A stretch of 32,000 bases of DNA from Candidatus Jordarchaeales archaeon (GTDB lineage Archaea; Asgardarchaeota; Jordiarchaeia; Jordiarchaeales; Freyrarchaeaceae): contig JAWCFL010000019.1 in the NCBI GenBank assembly GCA_038858525.1, positions 1-32,000 on the forward strand. The letters run 5' to 3'. Positions 18,662 to 26,637 of the stretch are shown here, in pieces. The translations under genes were made by a program, and so were the position numbers. Below the pieces are notes generated by a model that worked only from the letters and a program-made list of their open reading frames with translations, ran no database searches and was not told the origin of the DNA. Position 1 is the first letter of the stretch; each line of letters starts with the position of its first letter.

Positions 18662-18913
18662 ATGAATTTGAAGGACCTAATAAGAGAAGTGATCGAGCGC
18701 GGAATATACTATGAAGGCGCCATCATTCTGAAAAGCCTAGCCGAGAAATTACACGACATCGAGAAGGGTGAAGGAGACTGTGGAATTATCGAAGCCTTCG
18801 AAATAGGACTCCTCCTAGGCTCTCTGAGAAACCACCTCTTCTACGACGAGTATATTAAACTCGAAAACCTAGTTTTGGATTCTATCGAAAAATGCTTGCT
18901 GAGAAAGAAATAA
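18662..18913 (+). CDS. Small hypothetical protein (83 aa)
   Basis: Strong GAGGTGAGG RBS and ATG start. The last codons lie inside the repeated element at 18896. Confidence 0.65.
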   Translation: MNLKDLIREVIERGIYYEGAIILKSLAEKLHDIEKGEGDCGIIEAFEIGLLLGSLRNHLFYDEYIKLENLVLDSIEKCLLRKK

Positions 18914-18978
18914 AAATTAAGCATCAAGCAACAAAGTAACGAACCCCAAAAGAAATGACCGCATAACCAGTTTGGCAC
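18896..18978. repeat. Dispersed 83-bp element, copy A
   Basis: Blocks AGAAAGAAAT, AAAAAT, CATCAA, CAAC, GAACCCC, CGCATAAC, AGTTTGGCA are colinear with copy B at 21569-21653. Confidence 0.8.
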
Positions 18979-19053
18979 GCTTTGAGGTTTGCTAGGGCTG
19001 CTGTGCTTAACAAGGCAACCCCAAAAGAAATGACCGCATAACCAGTTTGGCAC
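18942..19053. repeat. Perfect 37-bp direct repeat x2 with a 38-bp unique spacer
   Basis: AACCCCAAAAGAAATGACCGCATAACCAGTTTGGCAC at 18942-18978 and 19017-19053. Confidence 0.95.
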
Positions 19054-19387
19054 CCGCTCGCACCCCAAACTAGCTTATCTTTCACCTCATCTTTCTCCTA
19101 CCTCCTCATCAATCTCTCCGTCCATTTTTCGCCTCCGGCTTCATAGAGAATTAATGGTTAATTATTAATGCCGTGCCAGCTTGTATAATGCTGAAAACCT
19201 ACTGAAGGATCACATTAATTGATGACGTGGCTTGCTTACAGTCTCTAACGGCCCAGTCTTTCCTTCAAAGACACTGCTGGCTCTCGTGTTTTATCATTTA
19301 TCTATAAATCTATCTTTTCCATTTATCAACACTTTTTTATTTAAGCACTATTAAGGGGGAGTCTAGAGGCGCTGGGGTTGACTGGTT

Positions 19388-20164
19388 GTGATGAAAATCG
19401 AGAGCATAACGATAATTGGAGGGTATGGGAAGTCTGGTTTACCTGAGCCAGTGAGGGAAGTGGAGCTTAGAAGAGGAGAAATTGTCAGCATTGTTGGCCC
19501 AACGGGCTCTGGGAAGACTACGTTGATAAACGACATAGAGATGTTTGCGTCTGGAGACACGCCGACGAAGCGAAAAATACTTGTAAACGGTGGGGGGGTG
19601 CCGGAAGAGATTAGAAGTAGCCCTCATATTAACCCGATTGCCAGGATAACCCAGCACACGACCTTTCTGTCCGATCTTCCAGTTTACGATTTCCTGTCTA
19701 TTCATGCAATGATCAGGCAGGATGGGGATGAGCGCTTAGTGAAAAGGACGCTGGACCTGGCAAATCAATTGTCGGGTGAGAACATAGTGCCGAACATCCG
19801 TATGACTGAGCTGTCGGGCGGTCAGACGAGGGCCCTGCTCATTGCTGACGCTGTGGTCATCGGGAATACGCCGGTCGTTCTGATCGATGAGGTCGAGAAC
19901 ACGGGAATATATAAAGATAGAGCGCTGAAGATACTGAGAGAGTGCCAGAAGATGTTGATATTTGTGACGCATGACCCGCTGATTGCCTTATCCTCAGACC
20001 TCCGGATCGTTATGCGGAATGGTGCAATGGTGAAGGTTGTGAGGACGACTGAGGACGAGAAGGCTGTCCTGCAGGAAGTTAAAAGGCTGGACGACATCCT
20101 GAGCGAGTTGAGGGAGAACATAAGGCTTGGAAACCCGATTGGGCTCAAAAAGGTGGTAACGTGA
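19388..20164 (+). CDS. Stand-alone ABC-type ATP-binding protein
   Basis: GPTGSGKT, LSGGQ, VLIDE, VTHD. No permease gene nearby. Confidence 0.92.
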   Translation: MMKIESITIIGGYGKSGLPEPVREVELRRGEIVSIVGPTGSGKTTLINDIEMFASGDTPTKRKILVNGGGVPEEIRSSPHINPIARITQHTTFLSDLPVYDFLSIHAMIRQDGDERLVKRTLDLANQLSGENIVPNIRMTELSGGQTRALLIADAVVIGNTPVVLIDEVENTGIYKDRALKILRECQKMLIFVTHDPLIALSSDLRIVMRNGAMVKVVRTTEDEKAVLQEVKRLDDILSELRENIRLGNPIGLKKVVT

Positions 20165-20862
20165 AACTGGTTATTTGCGCAGGACCCCCATCCTCCGGAA
20201 AAACAGCAGTTTTAAAGTTTACATGTGAGAAACTTATCCGGAAGGGTTACAAAGTCGCGTATCTCAAAATAGATACCCAGTATGCGACGGAGGATGAAGT
20301 GTTTAGAGAAGCGCTCGGGATACCGACAAAGAAAGTGTATACTGGAGACCTGTGTCCCGACCATGTGAACGTACTGGTTCTCGGAGACGGATTAGACTGG
20401 GCTAGGAGCATGGGCGCCGATATCTTCTTAGTTGAGTCTGCCGGGTTATGCTTGAGGTGTGCCCCCTACGTGGAAGGCGGGCTTGGCGTCGTCGTTCTAG
20501 AAGCTACAAGTGGCATCCAGCTGCCACTAAAACTCGGACCTCTACTCTCACTTGCAGACGTCGCTGTCATGACAAAGATAGACCTTGTTTCGCAAGCGGA
20601 GAGGGAGGTGTTCAGGGCTAGAATCAACGAGGTTGCTCCAGATGTGCACGTCATAGAGGCAGACGCCCTACACGGAATAGGCATTGACCCCCTCGTGAGA
20701 AAGATAGAGAGATACCCCGAGCTCTCAGGGGAGCCCGTGCTAAGAGGCGTGCCCCCCCTCGGCGTTTGCACTATATGCGTTGGGAAGAAGGAAGTAGGAT
20801 GGAATAAGCATTTCGGAATACTGAGAACTCTGGAAAGCGACCTGTTCTATCGGGGTGAATAA
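20161..20862 (+). CDS. HypB/UreG-like (G3E) metal-chaperone GTPase
   Basis: GPPSSGKT, CPDH, ESAGLC, TKID, and a C-terminal CTIC. GTGA overlap with the ATPase gene. Confidence 0.85.
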   Translation: MKLVICAGPPSSGKTAVLKFTCEKLIRKGYKVAYLKIDTQYATEDEVFREALGIPTKKVYTGDLCPDHVNVLVLGDGLDWARSMGADIFLVESAGLCLRCAPYVEGGLGVVVLEATSGIQLPLKLGPLLSLADVAVMTKIDLVSQAEREVFRARINEVAPDVHVIEADALHGIGIDPLVRKIERYPELSGEPVLRGVPPLGVCTICVGKKEVGWNKHFGILRTLESDLFYRGE

Positions 20863-21495
20863 ATGAGAAAAGAGGAGATCCTTAAGAGGCTGCAGAACAG
20901 AAATTGCGGAATGTGCGGCTTCGGCTCGTGCATCCGATTCGCAGAGGAAGCGGAAAAAAACGCTGGCCTACTAGAAAGGTGCATGTACCTGAAAGAGGAC
21001 AGCGAGACGGAGGAAACTAGACACGCAGAGTACGCTGAAGAAGACATCATAGGCGGAAAGTACGACTTCATCCTAATGCCGCTTCCAAACGAGAAATCAT
21101 GCAGAGAGTTTATCTTACCATTCAACCCCATCCTCACACGGGAACTGGACATCAAGAAGGGCGACATCATCGTCGGGAGACCAATGGGCCAAGGATGCCC
21201 AGTCCAACACGTGCTGGAAGTAATAGACATCGACAGGTTCTGCGTTATAACAGCCTGGGTCGTCGGCCCACAACACTCACGAAGCAGAGACTTCAAAGAG
21301 ATCGGACCCTACAGCCTAGTCGCCTTCGAAGGCCTAGCAAAAGTAATGAGCCGAGAACCAATGTTCGGCCACCGACAACGATTCCTACCAGGATACTGCA
21401 TGATGAACCTCACGCACACAGGACTAGTGAACTTCGTAAACAAAACAAAAAGAGGAATACACGTCAGACTAGAAGACATAATAATCGGAGTCTAA
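20863..21495 (+). CDS. FeS-cluster-binding domain protein
   Basis: N-terminal NCGMCGFGSC...C motif, plus further Cys/His residues. Abuts the GTPase stop. Confidence 0.8.
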   Translation: MRKEEILKRLQNRNCGMCGFGSCIRFAEEAEKNAGLLERCMYLKEDSETEETRHAEYAEEDIIGGKYDFILMPLPNEKSCREFILPFNPILTRELDIKKGDIIVGRPMGQGCPVQHVLEVIDIDRFCVITAWVVGPQHSRSRDFKEIGPYSLVAFEGLAKVMSREPMFGHRQRFLPGYCMMNLTHTGLVNFVNKTKRGIHVRLEDIIIGV

Positions 21496-21568
21496 CCAAC
21501 CAGCAACAACCCCCACACCATAAAACCACCACCAAGACAAGTTAACCTCACCTCTCGCCGAGACCAGT

Positions 21569-21653
21569 GTGCCAAGAAAGAAATGAAAAATAAACATCAA
21601 ACAACGAAATCATGAACCCCCAACCAAGACGAGACGCATAACTAGTTTGGCAT
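21569..21653. repeat. Dispersed 85-bp element, copy B, with terminal inverted repeat (MITE-like)
   Basis: Begins GTGCCAA and ends TTGGCAT (perfect TGCCAA/TTGGCA). Colinear with copy A. No target-site duplication seen. Confidence 0.75.
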
Positions 21654-21990
21654 ATGTCTACGCTCTAGTATTACTCATTCATCACCTCACTCATCCTCTC
21701 TGAAGCGCCCTCAGCAATTTCCCGCTCCCCCCTCCCCCACTCCCGGCTTCTCAGCCACGTAACCACAATGCAAAGCCGCCACCCCACCTCTCTCTTCATT
21801 TCTTCCACCCACAAAAAGGCAAAAACAAAATTCCCCTCCAAAAATCATAAAAAAGCCACACATTTCAAGTGAGGCTACCAAACTCACAAAAATGAAGGAT
21901 CTTCTCCGCAGAAAAACCACATCGAAAAAAATAAAAGAAACTTTTTCCACACATAATAAACCGAAAATAAATTACGGGATGGGGGGAGCG

Positions 21991-22887
21991 GTGAAAAGAC
22001 CTATAGCGGTTTTTCTCCTAGCACTCTCATTTACATTGCTGCTCCTAGCAGCCCCAGCCACACCACCCATAGCAACACCACCCACACTAACAACAGCAAC
22101 ACCGCAACAAACACCACAACCAAAAGAAACACAAACAGAAGCAATTTCTGTTGGTATACTACTTAGTCCCAGCGGTTTCCCGTTCTCGATGGTCAGTTTC
22201 AGATTCCATGTTGGGCCGATTCTGAGCATTAATCCTCCTCCAGAGAAATTTGAAAACCTCACACATGCCTCGATCTCAATTAACGCTTTTGACAGTAGCC
22301 TTTACGCGTTCATCGGTGTGGATTTTGTGAATGTGGACGAGAACTATTGTATGACTGCGTTGGTTGAGCTCGCCGAACAAATGCTAGACAAACTCTCAAC
22401 AATAGGAATAACACAACAGTCAAACTTAACTCACGTGTACACGGAGAACTCTACTGTTCGTGGATCTTGCCAGGTTTTCCTTTCTGGTGACGCTTCTAGT
22501 TTGGCTTCTCTGATTCCGGATGGGACGCTTGCACGTAAATTCATGGAAACCTACACGAACAAAAGCATAAGTTGCAGCATAATTTCCTCCTCCGGGAGCC
22601 TAAAAGTTGTCGACAGTGCTGGCGTGTCAACCTTTTCCGTATGGAATATTCTAACAAACAGCACTTTCGGCGACATCATGGCTGTAAACTTCTCGTTGAA
22701 AAAAGCCCTAAACACCACAGGAGAAATCAAACTAAACAGAACAACGACCATACTAATTTCAGGAAGCTACTATGCTGCCCCTCACTCGATGTCTCTTGTA
22801 GCGATTGGCTTTGACCCTCGTCCATCATTCCTTTTGAGTAGCAACTTTTTCTTCTACAATTTCTCCGCTGGATCGGTAATAAGGTGA
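21991..22887 (+). CDS. Secreted/surface protein, N-terminal part (probably frameshifted into the next ORF)
   Basis: Signal peptide KRPIAVFLLALSFTLLLLAA, T/P/Q linker, many N-x-S/T sequons, no membrane anchor. GTG after GGGGGGAG. Confidence 0.7.
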   Translation: MKRPIAVFLLALSFTLLLLAAPATPPIATPPTLTTATPQQTPQPKETQTEAISVGILLSPSGFPFSMVSFRFHVGPILSINPPPEKFENLTHASISINAFDSSLYAFIGVDFVNVDENYCMTALVELAEQMLDKLSTIGITQQSNLTHVYTENSTVRGSCQVFLSGDASSLASLIPDGTLARKFMETYTNKSISCSIISSSGSLKVVDSAGVSTFSVWNILTNSTFGDIMAVNFSLKKALNTTGEIKLNRTTTILISGSYYAAPHSMSLVAIGFDPRPSFLLSSNFFFYNFSAGSVIR

Positions 22888-22930
22888 TGTTAGTGTTCTC
22901 TTCGCCGCATCGCCCCCTACAGACTGTGAA

Positions 22931-24394
22931 GTGTCCCTCGTGTTCCCAGACCCAATAACGAACTCACTGATGATCAGCTCACAAGTGGCCACCTTTAACA
23001 AAACTCTGCCATTCGTAGACTTCTCCAATTCAAGCACTTTTCAGAACCTCACAGGTTACAGCATCAGCGTGAATTATCTCTCCCGATTGTACTATCCCAT
23101 GTTCACTGAACTCTCGGACTTCTACAGAACAATCTTCCCAGAAATCTTCCCAGAAATTGAAGAAATAGAAATCGCTCAATCGTTGTTATCCCTGCTATCT
23201 CAAAGGTCGATAGTGACTGTGAACATAGTTGTAGCGTTCTCGAATGTGAATGAAACGTATTGCGATAACGCATTGAACGACTTGGCTAACCAGATAAAAA
23301 GCAAGTTTTCGGCAACCCCAATATACGAAACAAAGAATATCTCTGCAGATTTCAATTGGGTGAATGGAATGTATATTTTTATTTTCGGTGAGGAGGCTGC
23401 TTCAGAGCTGTTTAAACTCGTCCCGGAGGGGACCATTATACAGTTGTCTCTTAACTCCGGAGTTCCAATGATGTTCTCAGTCTTCTCTATAGGTAATATT
23501 ATTGGAAATGATATTTTTAATATGACTATGTTTACTGGTGATGCTCTTTTTGAAGGTGGGCTTTCTGGTAGTCTTGGCGGTGAGTTTAGCTTTTCATTGC
23601 GGGGTGTCTTGAACGCTTCAAGTGGCTTCACGTTAAGCTTACCGACGGTCGTCGTCACCCACTCGCCCGGCAACCTCACAGATTACACCCAAAATGTCCC
23701 TGTTATTGCTACGTCTACGCCAAACTTCTTCTCTGTGGCGTGGTACCTCGCCTCCGGGTCGGGGCTGGACCTATATGTGCGCTTCTCCTGCGATCTACGT
23801 TATACCTCTGGGTTCAGGTCGTGGGAACTTCCAGACCCTGGAGCCTATGAGCTTAGCTTCGAGCAAGCCCTCACCAGCATGACGGTTAACGTGAGCGCGC
23901 CTGTCAGGCTTAACGCTTCCCTCACGACGGAGAACCCGGTCGGGGCTAGCGTGGATGCGTTGGCTGACGGGGCGTCTAAGGATGCCGGCTTCCTAGGGTG
24001 GTTTGCCTGCATTGAGGTCAACAATTCGGCAGCTCTACAAGAGATAACGCTGACGGTATACTACTACGACGAGGAGGTTGAGGCTGCGGGACTAAAAGAA
24101 GAAACACTCTCACTATACTACTGGAATGGATCAGCATGGGTCAAAATAGAATCAACAGTCGACACCCAGAGGAACACCATAACAGCCAGAGTAAACCACA
24201 CAACATATTTCGCAATAATAGGTGAGAAGGCGGTAGCAGCACCACCAATTAATTTGCAGCTCTTCTTGCTCCTCCAGCTGCTCCAGTTGATGTCGGGTAG
24301 GTCGACGCTTCTGCTCGTGGTGACGTCTGGAGGCGTAGTCATAGCGGCTGTGGCGTTGGCACTGCTAATCATGAGAAGGCGTAGATTCACCTAA
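22931..24394 (+). CDS. Surface protein, C-terminal part with membrane anchor
   Basis: No signal peptide. The frame is open back to 22883. LYYWNGSAW...VDTQRNTITARVNH surface domain, then a TM helix and RRRRFT tail. Confidence 0.75.
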   Translation: MSLVFPDPITNSLMISSQVATFNKTLPFVDFSNSSTFQNLTGYSISVNYLSRLYYPMFTELSDFYRTIFPEIFPEIEEIEIAQSLLSLLSQRSIVTVNIVVAFSNVNETYCDNALNDLANQIKSKFSATPIYETKNISADFNWVNGMYIFIFGEEAASELFKLVPEGTIIQLSLNSGVPMMFSVFSIGNIIGNDIFNMTMFTGDALFEGGLSGSLGGEFSFSLRGVLNASSGFTLSLPTVVVTHSPGNLTDYTQNVPVIATSTPNFFSVAWYLASGSGLDLYVRFSCDLRYTSGFRSWELPDPGAYELSFEQALTSMTVNVSAPVRLNASLTTENPVGASVDALADGASKDAGFLGWFACIEVNNSAALQEITLTVYYYDEEVEAAGLKEETLSLYYWNGSAWVKIESTVDTQRNTITARVNHTTYFAIIGEKAVAAPPINLQLFLLLQLLQLMSGRSTLLLVVTSGGVVIAAVALALLIMRRRRFT

Positions 24395-24397
24395 CCC

Positions 24398-24417
24398 TTC
24401 TTCTTTCTTTTTTTTTT
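24398..24417 (+). terminator. Oligo(T) archaeal terminator
   Basis: TTCTTCTTTCTTTTTTTTTT immediately after the stop codon at 24394. Confidence 0.65.
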
Positions 24418-24787
24418 ATCTATCAGCGGAAGGGTTACCGCTCTTTTTAGCAACTTAGTCGTTTCTTCATCTTACCGTCAAATTGTTGCCTCTAGAAGTT
24501 TTGCTGGAAAGGTAACGCCTCTCGTCTCTTTCGGGCTGCTAAGGGTGCTGAGAAGCCAAAAACTCTCTAAACTGGGGTTCATCAAAAGGCCTGTGGTTCA
24601 CAGAGCGAGGGGTGCAAAAATAATAAAGAAGGATGGTGGTTGGTTTCTCGTATCGCGGGAAAAGTGATAGCCAAGCTAAGCCCGGAAGAGGCGGCCACCA
24701 GCATTTCTGCCCTCATCAAGAAATATTCTTGTGCTGGAAACCCGGTAAACTCGGGATTCCATCAGCTAGTGCGCCCCTCATAGCTTT

Positions 24788-25921
24788 CTAACTCGAGGCG
24801 ATTTTTTCCGCTAGAACGCGCCCCCTGTATGCCACCCAGTACTCTTCATCCCTTTCACCCTGGCGTATCTTCGAAGCCTCAACTCTTGATGCTCTAAGCA
24901 ACAGCTCAGCTCTCTGCAGCTCTCCTCCCTGAAGAGCGATGAAGAGGAGCTTAACCAGCTCAACAGCCCTGTCGTGAACCCTGTCCCCGACCGCCGGCGT
25001 GAGAGCTCCTTGAAGCAGCCACCTCAAAAATTTAGACGCGTTCTCATCTTCTCTAATTTTCCTCAGCGCCCTACCCGACCTAGCAATGAATGAACCCAAA
25101 GGAAGATAGTATGACACGCCGATCTCCGCCGCCTTCTGTCCTCCCGGGTCCTTCATGCTTACGAGTATGATGTCTGGAGCGTCGTCGGGCACGAGCATGG
25201 CAAGCCACAATATAACGGCCTCCTCAGGTCTTAACCCTGGAGGTAGCCCCCAGCCCTCCTCTTGAGAGAGGCACTCAACCAGCCGTCTGAAGACCAGGGG
25301 GTTTGCTCCAATGTCGTAAGGAAAGACGTGCAGCGTGTGCCATGCCTGTTGTCCTCCTCCTGCCTCATACTTCACTCTTCCACACCTTGAAAGCACGTAC
25401 CCCGCCAGCAGAATCATGAAGTAATCCAGGTTCACCTTTGCGTCGTACTTTTCTTTACCTTTCATGAAGGGCGCTCGTGAAAGAGCATATTGCTCCGGCT
25501 TGAATATGCTGGGAAGCGAAAACTCCCCCTTCCCGAAACGGGAGAAGGCGGCGGCAGTGTCCTGCGGCTTATAGCTTCTAAGCTCATTGGAGTAGGCGGT
25601 TAGCGCGTCAAGGAACGAGCTCCCCTCCGGCAAAGAGAGTCTCTTCATAAGTGATGCGAATATTTTCTTGTCGTTGCCTGATGCTGGAATTTCGACTCCC
25701 TTCCAGCGTTCGTGGTACCTTTTTAGTGTGAGGGTGGCTTGACTAATTCCGCCTGCGAGGAGTTCAGCCACGCTTCCCGCGGTCGTGCGAATCTCTAAAC
25801 GGTCACCATAGACAGCCGTGCTCTCAATTTTTCCCCTCTCAAGGAAGGAGATGAATGTTAGCATGTAGTACCTTGCTACTCCCGGAGGCAAAACAATACT
25901 GCCTCTTTTCTCATCCAGCAT
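24788..25921 (-). CDS. cas8a: Type I-A large subunit Cas8a (Csa4/Cas8a2-like)
   Basis: Last gene of the csa5-cas7-cas5-cas3'-cas3'' operon, SLPSIFKPEQY-type motif, TGATG coupling. Confidence 0.75.
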   Translation of the reverse strand: MLDEKRGSIVLPPGVARYYMLTFISFLERGKIESTAVYGDRLEIRTTAGSVAELLAGGISQATLTLKRYHERWKGVEIPASGNDKKIFASLMKRLSLPEGSSFLDALTAYSNELRSYKPQDTAAAFSRFGKGEFSLPSIFKPEQYALSRAPFMKGKEKYDAKVNLDYFMILLAGYVLSRCGRVKYEAGGGQQAWHTLHVFPYDIGANPLVFRRLVECLSQEEGWGLPPGLRPEEAVILWLAMLVPDDAPDIILVSMKDPGGQKAAEIGVSYYLPLGSFIARSGRALRKIREDENASKFLRWLLQGALTPAVGDRVHDRAVELVKLLFIALQGGELQRAELLLRASRVEASKIRQGERDEEYWVAYRGRVLAEKIASS

Positions 25922-26637
25922 CACACCACCTCCTCGATCTCCTCTATAAACGCTCTTCTCACCTCATTCACCTCCCCTCTTCGTCTAGCATCCAAGTTAT
26001 CGGCTATTATCAAGGGGTTCATGACGAGCACGTAGAGCTTCAACCACTTCTCAACCCTATTCATCTTCCTCACCCCATTAATCCACGAGTAGAAACTACT
26101 AACATCCTCGCCTCTCAAAACGGCTCCCCTCAAGTTAACGTTGAACTTTTCGAACGTAGACGGGAGATCCCCTTCACAGAACCCTTCCTTCACTATGCCG
26201 AGCACCTTGCCTCTGTCGTCGCCCTCCGAAATCATCTTGAATGGGTTTCTCATCGCGTGATGGTGGTTTAAAACGCTTAGAACAACCAGAACCTTTTCCA
26301 CACTCGCCCACTTGGGCTGGGTGCTGAGAAACTTGTAGCACATAGCGGCGGACGCAACTTCGTGATATTGAAACCCAACTCTGTTAGAGGAACAATTATC
26401 GTCAAACCTTTTCTGAAAGTAGTTGTATGCTTTTCCGACGTCGTGGAACAGGACGGCCAGTCTAGCCATCTCCTCAACCTTCTCCGGCTCAACGGTTCTC
26501 TCTCCGAGGGCTGCCCTAATCCTCCTAGAGGCAACCTCGAAGTAGCCCTGATTCTTTCTCGTGAAGGCTTCCAGCATGCTGAGGCAGCCTTCAATATGGC
26601 TTGTCAGGGGTTGCCCGACGAAGGCGCACGGCTTCAA
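25921..26637 (-). CDS. cas3'': Cas3'' HD nuclease
   Basis: SHI, FHDVGK, YHEVAS, NHHH, ADNLDA. Confidence 0.93.
   Translation of the reverse strand: MKPCAFVGQPLTSHIEGCLSMLEAFTRKNQGYFEVASRRIRAALGERTVEPEKVEEMARLAVLFHDVGKAYNYFQKRFDDNCSSNRVGFQYHEVASAAMCYKFLSTQPKWASVEKVLVVLSVLNHHHAMRNPFKMISEGDDRGKVLGIVKEGFCEGDLPSTFEKFNVNLRGAVLRGEDVSSFYSWINGVRKMNRVEKWLKLYVLVMNPLIIADNLDARRRGEVNEVRRAFIEEIEEVV

Noticed and set aside
18942-19053. Annotating this as a bona fide CRISPR array
   Set aside because: Only two repeats, no GAAA(G/C) 3' handle, no adjacent leader, and the repeat is part of a longer dispersed element. Kept as a repeat and a finding.
21630-21665. CGCATAACTAGTTTGGCA resembles a tRNA 5'/D-arm
   Set aside because: No anticodon arm, T-arm or complementary acceptor stem, so no tRNA is called.
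23131-23157. 12-bp tandem repeat AATCTTCCCAGA (IFPEIFPEI)
   Set aside because: A short in-frame slippage duplication of about two units, with no evidence of function.
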